Shown one piece after another: positions 13,282 through 26,640 of a stretch of DNA of 64,000 bases. The DNA is from Eledone cirrhosa (taxonomy: Eukaryota): positions 317,006,001 to 317,070,000 of the forward strand of contig OZ024742.1 in assembly GCA_964016885.1 (NCBI GenBank). Direction: 5' to 3'. A model generated the notes under the pieces. The model searched no databases. It saw only the letters and a list, made by a program, of their open reading frames with translations, and was not told the origin of the DNA. A program made the position numbers and the translations under genes. Each line of letters opens with the position of its first letter. Within the stretch, counting starts at the first letter, position 1.

Positions 13282-14374
13282 TATATGAATTGTAAGAATC
13301 AAAGAACTGTTCAAAACATTTTTTATGCTTACAACTGTTTCCTCCAAAGCGAGGTTTGGTTTCTTTGGAGCAATTTATTATTGAATGAACACTTATATGA
13401 CCCAAGAGACATACAGATACATATGCAAATATTGTGGGTCAACATTCATTACAGCATTTAGTGTGGCAGTACATATTTAGAGATTACATTAATATTAAAA
13501 GATACAATCAAAAATACAGGTTAAAATACATGAAATTAAGCGGTTATAGAGTGCAATGGTTATATGTGTGGCAATCACGTGCGTCTTGTTTATATAGTAT
13601 GGCAGAGAGTTACGTGTAATAGAAGCACTTAAGCAGGTAATCAAGAGTGTTAAGAGGGTTGATCTGGTAATGAATTCTTTATATGATTGTTATAGCCTGT
13701 GTGTGGAGAAATAATATAAGTATTAAAAATAATGTAAGCATTAAAATATTGTAAATGCGTAGCGAAGCGATGATATGGATTTCATGCACTGCGACATTTT
13801 CATAGTCTGGGGAGCGTATTTTTCAGATTATATGCCCCTCACATAATCCACGACGATTCGATATTGGGCGTTTGACAATCCAGTTAGAGAATCGTAGTCT
13901 GATGTTCTTTAGCTCAATACAGCAGGATGTTACGTTGCGAGAATCGACATCGAAATAGTACCCGAAAGTGTGTGTGTGGCTAAGGTGAGTTAATGCATGA
14001 GGGGAGGTAACTCAGTGATTTCTATTACTAACTATTAAATTGTGTCTCAAAATAGTCCATAACTTATATGGTCATGCGCAGTTTCTAAAAAATTTCTAAA
14101 ATTTAAAGTGTTTTAACTATAAAGTAGTCTATTAACTTTTTATTATGGTGATTAACCTCCATCGTAGAGTGCCACAAACGAATATTATACACGACGAGCG
14201 AGATTTCTAAATTAATGATCACTGTGATTGCAGTCTACTCAAAGAACCAGGTATGTCTCTTGGGTGAAAAGGAGGTCATATCAATAATAAATTGCTCCGA
14301 AGAATCCAAACCTCGGTTTGGAGGAAACAGTTGTAAGCATAAAAATGTTTTGAACAGTTCTTTGATTCTTACAA

Positions 14375-14383
<9 letters not shown>
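13282..14383. mobile_element. Penelope-like relic bounded by ~100-bp inverted repeats containing a hammerhead-like motif
   Basis: 13282-13384 is the reverse complement of 14281-14383. The repeat contains tgct-CCGAAGA-a-tccaaacc/ggtttgga-g-GAAA-cagttg-TA-agca. Confidence 0.65.
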
Positions 14384-14422
<39 letters not shown>

Positions 14423-14462
14423 TTTTGCGATGTTTTTTATATGAAATCGTCTGTCGAAACAA

Positions 14463-16191
14463 ATATTGTTATACTTGGGGAGGGTCATATTTGTGTAATA
14501 TTGCCAGAATTAATAATAGAACACACTAACTCTTTGGTTGGTTTTCGCTTCTCGCTTCTGTGTCTTTTATATCGGTAATCTAACTTACTCGGTCCTCAAT
14601 GTTGCCATGGACTGACCGACGGTCAAAAATCATACAGATACAATATAGACACAAACACATATATATAGTTTATCATAAATCTTTCGTTGCACATCTGCAA
14701 CATCGTCAGTGGTGCTATCTTTTCCTCCTGTTGTATTGTATGTCTACGCCATTTTTATTCAGTCTGTCTATATATTTATTTATTTATTTGCTTGTTTGTT
14801 TATTTTATTTTGTCTTCTTTGCGCATGCGTTTGCGTGTGTGTATAGTGTTTTGTTTGCTGTGTGATGGGTGACTAGTGTGTGTTTATGTGCTTGTTGTTA
14901 TTGTGCTTGTGTATGTATTTATTTATTTATTTATTTTATTTAATTTACTTATTTATACTTCTCTTAGGTCAGTGTTGTTTGTTTGGATGTTGTTGTTATT
15001 CCATTCATTCTTCCTGTTTAGTCTTGGTCTTCTAATTTCTATTTCACTGGCCTCTCTGATTTGCCTATCTGCTGGGTCATTTCTATGTTTAGATATTATT
15101 CTAATTTCTATGTTGTCTATGTTACCGTCATGTTGTTGTCTAGCATGTTCGTTTAGTACTGACCCGTTTTTTCATCCTTTTAGTTCCTCCCAGTGTTGGT
15201 CTATCCTTTCACCTATGCTACGAGCTGTCTCACCTATGTATGTTGTTGTCATGTTTCTGCAAGTACCCTCTGTACATCTTATGCTATAGACTACGTTTCT
15301 AGTTTTACAGTTTATCCGGAGGTTTACCTTACATATGATACATTTCCTATTGGTACAGTGGGTTTTCTTAAAAGGGTAGGTTTTGCTGATCAGGGATTTT
15401 ATGGTGGTTCCTGGCTTTTCTACCACCTTAATTTTTAAGTGGGTCTTTCTCAGGGCCTTTCTACACTGGTTAGCTAATTTCCCTCCAGGGGTAGTGTCCA
15501 CAAACATGACACTCTGGTATCTCTGGTTGTCGTACCATGAGGTGGCTTTCCCTATCTTATGTCTAGCCCTATCTAAGCTATTCCATGATTTGCTCTTGTA
15601 TAATGGGCAAATTCCTTTCATGTCCAGTTCTATGAGGGTCTTATACTTCTCCATGGCTCCTTCGTATACTCTGACTCTGTCTCTTTGGTTGTAGCCAGAG
15701 AACTGTATGCAGTTGATGAAGTGTTGGATGTGTCTTTCCATTTCTGTTGGGTCGCACATGCGGGACACATTCTTCATCACTCGTACAAGATCTGCGATCA
15801 GAATATTAAACTTAGCACTACTGGACATTTCGCAAAGAAGACAAAATAAAATAAACAAACAAGCAAATAAATAAATAAATATATAGACAGACTGAATAAA
15901 AATGGCGTAGACATACAATACAACAGGAGGAAAAGATAGCACCACTGACGATGGTGCAGATGTGCAACGAAAGATTTATGATAAACTATATATATGTGTT
16001 TGTGTCTATATTGTATCTGTATGATTTTTGACCGTCGGTCAGTCAATGGCAACATTGAGGACCGAGTAAGTTAGATTACCGATATAAAAGACACAGAAGC
16101 GAGAAGCGAAAACCAACCAAACAGTGAGTGTGTTCTGTTATTAATTCTGGCAATATTACACAAATATGACCCTCCTCAAGTATAACAATAT
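14463..16191 (-). mobile_element. Penelope-like element (C-terminal GIY-YIG, Neptune-like), 5'-truncated with inverted pseudo-LTR
   Basis: ~360-bp inverted repeats 14463-14823 / 15831-16191 flank an RT-thumb/GIY-YIG coding fragment. Confidence 0.88.
14953..15830 (-). pseudogene. Penelope RT C-terminus plus Cys-rich linker plus GIY-YIG endonuclease
   Basis: SGY...PLY.SKSW...VMFVDTTP...KVVEKPG, CTNRKCIIC, NCKTRNVVYSIRC, YIGETARS..ERI.QH. Frame continues past an in-frame TGA to RQIREA..I..LN.KNEW. Confidence 0.88.
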
Positions 16192-16357
16192 ATATATATA
16201 TATATATATATTGAGTATATGTTGGCTGTTTACCGACACCTCAGTATGCAGATTGGAGCACTCGACGAAGTACGCAGGTTGGTTTGTTTACTCCGGAATA
16301 ATGTAAAATAAAATAATTAAATCAAATATTTAAAATTTGGTTTCGTTTATTAAAGAT

Positions 16358-16416
16358 GTACTGCTATATATATTTCGGTGACAGCCATCATTGGCTGTGA
16401 CCCCTCCAGGCAGTCC
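16358..16416 (-). ncRNA. Degenerate type I minimal hammerhead motif (Penelope pLTR relic)
   Basis: Minus strand: actgc-CTGGAGG-ggtcacagcca/tggctgtcacc-GAAA-tatata-TA-gcagt. Stems pair, but the core has two mismatches to CUGANGA. Confidence 0.5.
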
Positions 16417-16525
16417 GAATTGGTGTGGTAGAGACAGGTGCACATGTTGTTAAAGTGTTTTACTCCGTCAATACTCCGATATGTCCAGCTCCTGGTTGGG
16501 TTGTTATTTCTCTGAGTAACTGGAA

Positions 16526-16650
16526 TAATAAAATAAACAAGTATTGTATGGTCATATTTGGTTTCACATTTTCATGATTTCATGTAACATAATCACACTT
16601 TCAACTATAATCACCATGATATAGGCAAAACTCAAAATAATTTATTTTAT
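16526..16650 (+). repeat. Detached copy of the hAT element's 3' subterminal segment (12660-12783)
   Basis: Near-identical aataaaataaacaagtattgtatggtcatatttgg...caaaactcaaaataatttattttat. Confidence 0.9.
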
Positions 16651-16750
16651 GCATCTCGTGAGAAATCATCAGGAAGCGTCTTGATGATTTTTCACGAATG
16701 AAACAGTTCTAGTCCTGTAGAAGCTCTTCTATATTAAAACTTTTATACTC

Positions 16751-16978
<228 letters not shown>

Positions 16979-17056
16979 CCTAAAGCTTTGCTTCTATGGT
17001 ATATTTATTTCTATATTAACTATATTAAGTGTAGCTCGAACAGTTCTGTGTACAAT

Positions 17057-17172
17057 AAAATCTTTAGATTTATATACTCTTTTAACACATGCCATTTTCT
17101 ATGAAATAATTTCCACCAAATTTCAGGAAATGCACATATTGCAAGAAAATATATTGTATGAATCAATAAGAT
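17057..17172. repeat. ~115-bp segment duplicated in inverted orientation at ~18293-18408
   Basis: aaatctttagatttatatactcttttaacacatgccattttct...tatgaatcaataagat versus its reverse complement. Confidence 0.9.
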
Positions 17173-17451
17173 TAAGAAAACTGAAAATGGATGCAATGGC
17201 TTGGGACAGTGGACAATACCATATTAACATCAGCCAGTGCCATAAATATTGCATATGACCTAGGTTACAGGTCATGAAAATAAACAACAACCGATCTCAC
17301 TACATAAACATGAATTCTATCTAGAATTGTTAATCGAAACACAATCATGCTCCCAAAGGGATATTTTTGAATCAGATTATACCAAACGTATTTTCTGAGT
17401 TGCTATCGAAACGGAAAAGCTTCAGCATTGAACAAAGAATCCTCATTATAT

Positions 17452-17797
17452 ATAAAGAAAGAACGAAACATAGTTTGTGAAGAGGAATGTAATGTTACGC
17501 ATAAATCTTTAACCACTTATATTAAACATATAATTAGAACTGTCTTTAAAAAATATTGACCTCGGAAATTGAATGAACAATATAACCACATCTAGCTGTT
17601 TAATTAAAATATGTTAAAACAATACATTGCTCATAACCAGTTGTAACAAATGCACAAGGGGCGGAAATTGAGTGTTCTACTGTTAACCTTTTTCATTGGA
17701 AGTTTAGAAATGAATTTAACTGGTCATATATATGAAGTCGAGGGCAAAAGTTATTTTTCGTACTTTCTTATCAAATTATGGCTAACATGCAACATAC
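17452..17797 (+). repeat. ~345-bp direct duplication (second copy ~19304-19652)
   Basis: ataaagaaagaacgaaacatagtttgtgaagaggaat...caaattatggctaa.atgcaac is present twice. Confidence 0.92.
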
Positions 17798-17798
17798 A

Positions 17799-17887
17799 TC
17801 TACCGGACTAGAACTGTTTCATTCGGGAGAAATAATCACGAAAGCCCTGATGATTTCTGCCGAATGAAACAGTTCTAGTCCTGTAGA
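17799..17887. repeat. ~90-bp palindrome with hammerhead-like core (related copy at ~16656-16725)
   Basis: Arms ctac.ggactagaactgtttcattcgg.agaaat.atca and its reverse complement. The right arm reads CTGATGA-tttctgccgaat-GAAA-cag..ctg-TA. Confidence 0.75.
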
Positions 17888-17990
17888 AGCCATTTCTATA
17901 TTATATATATATACTCTGCTATGCATTGAATACCTTACTTACTGTGGTTACTACCGATTGAACCCGGGATAAACACACATACACACACAC

Positions 17991-18042
<52 letters not shown>

Positions 18043-18118
18043 CAAAGGAATTGTGGTAAGGAACCAGATGGACCATAACGCACCAGAGTACTCAATACTT
18101 AGGGTATTAGAGTGGGAA

Positions 18119-18244
18119 ATAGGAAAAAGTATGACCCCGACGTCAGAGCTCAAGCCGTTTCGACGGCTACTTCTGGACAGAAGTAGTCAAGAAATAGCCG
18201 TCGAAACGGCTTGAGCTCTGCCGTCGGGGTCATACTTTTCCTAT
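18119..18244. repeat. ~125-bp palindrome containing the 3' half of a hammerhead
   Basis: Near-perfect inverted arms. The right arm has cGAAA-cggc-ttgagctct-gccg-TC-ggggtc (stem III plus GUC site). Confidence 0.75.
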
Positions 18245-18617
18245 ATATATATATCAATGGTATTAATAAATGGAAACTATATTTATTGAAACTATCTTAT
18301 TGATTCATACATTATATTTTCTTGCAATATATGTATTTCATGAAATTTGCTGGAAATTATTTCACAGAAAATGGCATGTGTTAAAAGAGTATATAAATCT
18401 AAAGATTTGGGTATGTCACTATTTATAAAAGAAATTTGTATTTTATCTGATGCGAGCGTACCAAAGTTTAGGTACCCTTGAAATATATATAATAGAATAA
18501 ATATAGTTTTATAAATATAGTCTCCATTTATTAATATCATTCATATTAACTTGTCGAGTGCTTCGAATATGTTATAAATATATTTGTTGAATTGCCAACA
18601 AATTAAATATCTCTTTG

Positions 18618-18723
<106 letters not shown>

Positions 18724-18893
18724 TGACGAAAAGGCATTGGATAATTGTTACATAACGATATTTCCATGCCTTTGAAATGAACATTAAATATGTGATGTAA
18801 TAAACTGAAGCTGCATATGTGAAACCGTCTTTCTTCTTTATATACGATACATAGCAATACACAAAGAGAAATACAGAAGCACATGTATAAAAC

Positions 18894-18929
<36 letters not shown>

Positions 18930-20474
18930 GTGTGTATGTATGTATATTTGTATATATGCATGCATGGTTCCATAATTTGTGAGGGAGTTGTAAGGGCGTC
19001 GTATTGCCATACGGCATTTCTAGGGCATTTTAAAGCCTGGCGGAGCCTAATCCTCTCTAGCTGTAAATGCAGCAGGTTTAGAACGAGTGAGCGAATGAAA
19101 TTGAGAAAGAGATATAGTGGAAGAATCGAACCCGGTACTTTTTTATTCACCTTGAATGGATGATGGGCAAAGTTGACTTTGGCGGGGTTTGTGCTCAGAA
19201 AGAAGAATTGAATGCTACAAAGCATTCTATCCAACGTTCTAACGACTTTGCCAATGTTTGTGTTTGTTTAGAAGGATGTGTACATTCTATTCCCTTATCT
19301 ACCATAAAGAAAGAACGAAACATAGTTTGTGAAGAGGAATATATAAATCTTTAACCACTTATTTTAAGACAATTGTATTAAACATATAATTAGAACTGTC
19401 TTTAAAAAATATTGACCTCGGAAATTGAATGATCAATATAACCACATCTAGCTGTTTAATTAAAATATGTTAAAACAATACATTGCACATAACCAGTTGT
19501 AACAAATCCACAAGGGGCGGAAATTGAGTGTTCTACTGTTAACCTTTGTCATTGGAAGTTTAGAAATGAATTTAACTGGTCATATATATGAAGTCGAGGG
19601 CAAAAGTTATTTTTCGTACTTTCTTATCAAATTATGGCTAAAATGCAACCTATCCTCGACTATTATCATTCGAGATGTAGTTCGCTAACTGGTGTTTATG
19701 TTAGAAGACTGAGAACACTGGAACCAAATTTGAAACAAACAACTGCAAAGCCAATAAATAAATTCATTCGCCTCTTTCTATTGCAATACTTAGTAGGAAT
19801 TTAGGTACAAATGATACATAGACTTGATCCTAACAGGCAGCGTTTTTGTGATCGTTCACTGAGGGTCATTGATATCGTTTATGAATAGTTGATATCAATA
19901 TTAATATATCAGCAACATTCTGGTATAATCAACCAATCAAGTTCCCTGGTATTCAGAGCAGGCAATTTCGTTTCACCCACTCGAATGATCCCTTACCATC
20001 TGGATTTCGGTTGCTGCCTTTTCCACAGCTAGCCAATATGTTAAACCCAATATTTTAAAATGTTGCCTCTTTCTCGTCTCATTTCTATAATCGTTCACGT
20101 TGTTACCAAATATGCCAGCGACACTTCTTGTTACAGGCCCTGAAAATTCAGTGTGTTTTTTATGATTTGCAATAAGGTACTTTTTTGCACTTGTTTTACC
20201 TAGTGCTTCTTTATTTGTGACTACATACAGATATTAAAACTTCATAAACGATTAGAACTACTGTAAACCTTGAGATACCTTATTATTCGAGTTCACAATC
20301 AGTATAAAATTTACCCTGTAGACTAGCCATTTAATTTTACTTATATCGCTAAAAGGTTTCTGAAATATTGAAAACTGTCGAATTTTTCTTGTTCAGTAGG
20401 AAAGCAAATTATTTACAAGGTTAGCTGAAGCTTACGTATTAATAACAATGTAATTCTACATACTTGTTTCTACT

Positions 20475-20556
20475 TTAGGCACAAGGCCAGCAAATACCAA
20501 GTACATTACTGGTACTTTACTTTATCGACCCCGTAAGGATGAAAGGCAAAGTTAAT
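20475..20556 (-). mobile_element. SINE fragment (same family as 43605-43792)
   Basis: ggcacaaggccagc...ctggtacttta.tttatcgacc.cgtaaggatgaaaggcaaagtt. Confidence 0.75.
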
Positions 20557-20983
20557 TCTACACAATGTGTTATTATAGTTCATAGGAAGCCTGGCATTTG
20601 CTGTGGTTTTCCATAACATAAACAACTAAGCTGGGCTATGTTTTCAAGTTTTCTATAATTCTAATCCTGCTGCAACGTTGAAGTAAGTAAACCTTATATC
20701 ATATCTAGAAGTAGTAGTAAAATACATTCAGAGATCAAATGAATTACGAAGTAAGTTGAGTATATATTTTTACATTATCAGTCTCAGGAGAGAGAGAAGA
20801 AACATGGAGATCGGTGAGTGTTACGTTAAATGGCGGGGAAGAATGAGTTGTTGGTGAGCAAAATATCGGTACGAATTGAGAAGATAACATTGGAAAAGTC
20901 AACGACCGACGTTTATAACATCAACATGAAATATCTAGCTAGAATAAAAACAAGAACAAAATAAACCGGAGTAATAAAGAAGA

Positions 20984-20986
<3 letters not shown>

Positions 20987-21017
<31 letters not shown>
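20987..21017. repeat. (AAT)n, left boundary of retroelement stack 1
   Basis: Directly visible; abuts the 3' end of T1. Confidence 0.95.
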
Positions 21018-24000
21018 TCTTTCTTTATTAACCACAAGGGTTTACATAAAGTAGACATTAAGGACAGTACAGGACAATACAGGACGGTACAAATGGGCAT
21101 TTCTGCGTGTAAAAAAATAAACAGAGGATGTAACAAAAAAAAACAATGAAAAATTCCCAAGTAGGGGGGAGACTTCCGAGGGACATTTGTGGAGAAAGCC
21201 CATTAGAAGGCCACAGTGACCCTGACCACCAGGGCAAGTGCCCTCTCCCAGTTTTCCACCTTTAATTTACAGACACATACTCAGAGTAGGCCCATTCACT
21301 CGGGCCATTCTTGCTTCTCTCACCCATCTTTCAACAAAATGCTGGGAAGAGAGCACTTCCCTCTCTACCCTGATTTTCCTTTTCAAATGAAATTTTAAAA
21401 ACGTTAATCAGGGCATCACCGAAGAGGTAAGTGCTCGTCTTCAGCCCTTTCAAACGTGTCCACCATACTATCTCTTTCGCCATGGCCACCAGACAGATAA
21501 AAACTGCCTGCACTTCAGCTGAGAGCCGGATCCGTCCTACACGTGACAGCAGGTGTTCGACATAAACCCACAAGTAAGCAATGCTCGGACTGTGAACGAA
21601 TGCGGGCAGGACGGTTTCGTCGCCCTGCGCGCATCTCGGACATGCGCGGATGACGGCACCTCCATGCCTGTAGAGTTTATCCCGAACTGGAAAAGCTCCT
21701 CGGTAGCACTGCCAGGCCAGGGATTTCTGGAAGTTGCCCATAGGCTCCGGCCCGAAAGTTCTTCCGAAGAGATTGGCTAGTTGATTTTCGTCGACACCTA
21801 GAGGTTCTCCAAGTACGTCGTCGCTCTTCCCCTCCACTAATCCTCTATAGAACGCCAAGGTGGAGTTTCCACCGATCACATTGCCCGATTGGTCGAGGAC
21901 TGTGAGTGCCTGAAGACATTCCAGTCTCCAAGCGCTCCCTTTTGGTCTTCGCTTGACCAAGGACTGCAGCTCCATCAAGGAGACGAGCTGGGGAATGACG
22001 CGTCTAGCAAACGGCGACCACACCTGATACCGTCGAGGGAGAGGTGGAGATGTCGTTGCCTGAACCCTTTCAGGGATAGCTTCCTCTCCGCCCATTTCTG
22101 GGTGAGAGAAGCCACCCTGCTCGTCACCACCGTCCCAGTTTTTGTCCGTCTGGAGGTCCGGACCGAACCAGACCCCTAGCAATTTAACCGATCCGTCAGT
22201 CCAGCGCCCGACGACGCTGTTGGACGGCATGGACCTGCCTCTCCAGGTGCCGAGCTGCAGGCCCACTGACTTTTCCTGGTTGATCATTGCTCCTGTCACC
22301 GCTTCGTATTCTCTTAGTGTAATGCCGATCACCTCGATGTGTTTGCTGTTCAACACCACTACGGTGACATCGTCTGCACATGCTGACACGGATCTTCCGC
22401 ATCCTAGTTCGCGCGGGACCCCCCCCCCCCCCCCCAACATCTCCAGTTTGTGCAGTAATTGCTCTAGAGTAAATACGAACAAGAGGGACGAGAGGGGACA
22501 TCCTTGGCGGACCGAGCGCATTAAGTTGAACGGTTCCGAAAGGTGACCGTTCACTCTCACCACAGAGCAGATGTCGCTGTGCATGGCAGCCCATCCAGCC
22601 TCTGAAGACGGGCCCAAAGCCAGCCGCCCTCAGGACTGCCGCTAGGTAACGATGGTCGACACTATCGAAATCTTTCGACTGATCTAAATTGATCATGGAC
22701 CCACCCGTTCCAGGTTCCCTAGCTACCCTCTCTACGATGTATCGCATGAGGTAGAGGTTGTCGTCGATGGATCTGTCGGGAATGGCGCATGTCGGCGCCT
22801 CTCGAACCAGACCACCAACGACAAGCGCCAACCTCTTTGCTAGCACCTTGGCCAAAATTATCTTGTTCGGATCCTTTCTCAGCAGTGCCACCGCTCCTCG
22901 GCTCACAGAACTGGGAATTCTCCCGTTCTGTTGCCAGTTGCAGTAGACGTCCGCCAAGAGGCCTCCGAACAAGTCTGGCATCTGTACGTGAAGTTCATAG
23001 GGCACACCATCCAAACCAGGCGATTTACCCCTTGTGCAGCCAGTCATTGCCTCCCTTACTTCAGCGGCTGTTATCGGCTTTTCGCAACACTTTGCCTCAG
23101 TGGCCGAGAGCCGCGGCAGTCCGTCGAGGTAGACACTAAAGTCCATCCCTCCACCCGGCCCAGCGCTGCCCCCGAAAAGCTGAGCGAAGTTTTTGCTGAA
23201 AAGCTTCACACATTTGCCCGGGATCGAGTAGCATGCGCCCGTCGTGGTCCACCAAAGACCGGATCGTAGCTTTGTTTCCACGACGCTCCTCCTACACTCG
23301 GGCCCATTGAACGGCTTTCGTCCCCTCGTGTCTGAGAGCACGCCCCCTTGCTCTGACAACGCAGCCTTCGTGCTTTGCATTGAAGAATTGGTCAAGGGCC
23401 AATTTCGCCGCAAGCACGTCGGTCGCAATGCCTTTGCTAAGCGCCTCGTCTAATTTTCTAACTAGTTCTCCCTCTGTTCTATTTTTCTCTATTGCTAAAG
23501 CCTTACTAAACCTAATCGATTCTATTCTAATCGCTCTTTTCAGAGCAAACTACCACTTGTTGTTGACGATGGCCCCCGTCAACTAGTTCGCTAATCCGGT
23601 CTCTGTAGCCCTTCGACGCTGGTAAGGACGCGTTTAGCTTCCAGTAGCCGGGTCCTCGTCTATGAAGCCTATATAAGTCAAGCACACAGATCACGAATTT
23701 GTGGTCCGTGTAGCTGAAAATCTTGAATTGTGGACAGCCTATGCTAGACCTATCTATTTCCCTACAAAATACTCTATCTAGATATGATCTGGATGACCTT
23801 ATGCGATTTGTCCAATCGGTACCTCTCAGACAGTTCAAAACGCCTGAGCAGGTTGGTGAGGCTCTTGCACCCTCCACCCCTATCCGCTAATCCCACACAG
23901 TCCCAGCGTGCATCTAAGATCCCGTTCCAGTCGCCCACTAACACTAAAGAGCGGGACGTTCCAAGAAAGGTCTCCAGACGCCGGAAGATGGCCCGTATGG

Positions 24001-25760
24001 CGAGATCCAAACCTCTCCGAAAAAGCACAGCAACTCCTCCCCCCGATCCAGGACGGCTGGGAGATGCGTACACTCGTAGCCGCCGAAGATCGGTGCGAAG
24101 GCCCGTGCTTCGGAGATTCTGGTCTCGCTGATGGCCACTACATCTATGTTTAGTGACCTGAGGTCGTTGAGCAGGTGACCCTTCTCCATTACGACCCCAA
24201 GCCACGCGCATTTATGCTGCCTATTCTGAGTGAGGTCATGTTTAAAATAGAGTGGAAAAGACGGGAAAGACCACTTACCGTACTTTTCGTAGAGGAGGGA
24301 TGGTTTTTACATCCCTTTTCACTTGATCGTCTGGTGAAGGGACCGTTGAATCGTCCCTTCGGCTGGTCGTCGGCTCTTCTATGAGTATGTCCGAATATAC
24401 TCTTCGGTTGATAGTTCCTCCTAGGTCTCTGAAATCACCAACTGCGTTGGGTATTTCGTTTTAATGTTTGTGTATTGTTTCTGTGCTATTTTTAGCAGTC
24501 TTATGTTAGTTGGCGTTTTGATTGGTGCTGGTATTATGTAGTCGTGTTGTGAAATATCTGTGTGTTCAATTATGTAAGTCATTAGTTTCTTGTTGTGTTG
24601 TATTTATTGTCGTGCATTTGTTTTTCTGGGGGTGGGGTGTGGTTCTGCTATTTTCTTGTCGTTGTTGCTGGGTGTGTGTGTTTTGTTGTTGTGTTTGCGA
24701 TGTTGGTGCTTGTGGTGGCGGTGTTGAAGGTGTTGTTGGCGGTGGGGTTGTCGCCGGTGGTGATGGTGGTGCTAGTGTGGGTGGTGATGGTGTTGGTGGT
24801 GTTGCTGCTGTGAGTCTCTTTGCAGTAGACTTTACCCTTTTTTCATTTCTTTCCTCCCTTTTCAAAGGCGACGATGCGCTGCTTCTGCGTTTGTGCCTCC
24901 TTACGACCTTTTGCCATCCCTCTCCCACCTCACACTCCATGTCTGATTCTGTGAGGTCGGGGAGGGGTACCAGCTCCACTCTTTCACTTGTTGTTGTTGG
25001 TGATGTTTGCACTGCTGCTGCTGTTTTTGATTTCCGTGGCGTGGGTATGGGTGCCACGGACCTATCGTTCCTGGTTGCCGCTTGTCCTGTTGCTGGTAGC
25101 CGTGGAGCCGGTTTCGGAAGGAGGGGTGTTTCTCCTTTCTCAGAGTCTTCTCGTTACAGAAGGCCCTGAGGTGAGTCTTCGATCCACAGCGAAAGCATTT
25201 CGGGCGTTTGCCCTCAACACTTATGGGCAGTTGAGTGCCGTTATCGAAGTCTATCACATCCGGGATAGCTTCGATGCACTCCTGGTTAGTTTGGATTAAC
25301 ATCTCAATGGCGGTGCCGACCCAATCTTCTCTTACTTTTGTCTGTACTTGCAGTACAGTTGTTTTGTCCTCGATTCCGACGAGGACAGACATGCCAGCCA
25401 AGAAGGGGCTATCCCGGGGGGGGGGGGGGGCACATTTAAAGAAGGGAGGGAGAGAGACAATCTTCTCTCTGCTGTAGTGACGATTGAGGAAGAAGAAGAC
25501 GGAATGAGTGGGAGTAACCTATGAAAATTCTTTTTCGTAGCCATGTTGTTTTTTTTGTTTAAAATACATATTGGGCACAAAACCCCAATAAGCAGTTATT
25601 TAACCCCGAAGGGCCAAATAACGGGCAGAGAGACCCCTCACACGAGGAGGAGGGTGTTTTTGTCTACAAGTTGGTTAAAGTTTTAAACAATTTACAATTG
25701 TTATAGCGTTCAAAATTTACAATACCTTACAGAGCCGAGTCTCCGTAAACCATAGCATTC
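21018..25760 (-). mobile_element. Tx1/L1-clade retrotransposon T1 (family A), both ends present, internal deletions
   Basis: APE (VGDWNG, SYLDRV, TDHK), RT (LDQSK.FD.VDH, VRQGCPLS, ACADD), C-terminal CPRC..ETVL and ORF1 CCHC (CFRCGSKTHLRAFC). Ends match T3; flanked by (AAT)n. Confidence 0.93.
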
Positions 25761-25778
25761 AATAATAATAATAATAAT

Positions 25779-26593
25779 AGTACCTTATTTGAGAAAACTG
25801 AATTTAGAGATCCACAGACATGGAACTGGTTGAAAAGAGGAGACCTTAAAAAGGCTACAGAAGGAATGTTAATGGATGCGCAGGAGCAGGCCCTCAAAAC
25901 GAAGTCGTTGAAACACAATATTTACAAGGAGGAGGCTAGCCCACTGTGCAGGATCTGTGGAGAGAGAGGGGAGACTGTGGCTCACATTGTATCCGAGTGT
26001 AAACACCTAGCTCAGACTCACTATAAGGGCTGGAGACATGATGTGATGGGCAGGGTGATCCACTGGCACCTATGCAAAGTAAACAATTTACCACATTCTG
26101 AGAAGTGGTATGAGCATAAGCCAGAGGCGGTGACAGAAAATGATCAGGTGAAGGTGCTGTGGGATTTTAGGATACAGACGGACAAGAAACTGGAACACAA
26201 TAGACCTGAGCTGGTGGTTGTGGACAAAGAAAAAAGATCGTGCCTTATTGTGGATGTAGCCTGCCCATTCGACACGAGAGTGCAAGAGAAGGAGAGGGAG
26301 AAAATTAACCGATACCAGGACTTAAAGTGGGAGGTAAAAAGGATTTGGAACTGCCATGAAGTCAAAGTGATCCTGATTGCCATAGGCGCACTAGGGACTA
26401 TCTCAAAAGGTTTTCAGGGATGGTTAAAGAAAATTGGCCCCTTCACGCTTTTTGGAACGCTTCAAAAGGCATGCTTGCTGGGAACAGCAAGAACCCTCCG
26501 ATACGTCCTGAATATCTGAGGCTGCAGGTAGTGGCTTGATATTCATTTCAACAAACTTTCCAGTTAACTAACATCAATGACTGAGACTCAAAG
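25779..26593 (+). mobile_element. R4/Dong-like RLE retrotransposon R1 (family C), 3' fragment
   Basis: ORF 25830-26519 has CRICGERGETVAHIVSEC (CCHC), RHD, and RPELVVVD..VDVACP..EREKINRYQDL (PD-(D/E)xK RLE). (AAT)-type tail; 3' UTR matches R6. Confidence 0.92.
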
Positions 26594-26640
26594 AGTAATA
26601 ACAATAATAAAAATAATAATAATAATAACAATAATAATAA

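Noticed and set aside
15172-15174. In-frame TGA in the Penelope GIY-YIG region as possible selenocysteine
   Set aside because: The position is not a conserved Cys, no SECIS was recognised and the copy is truncated; a nonsense mutation is simpler.
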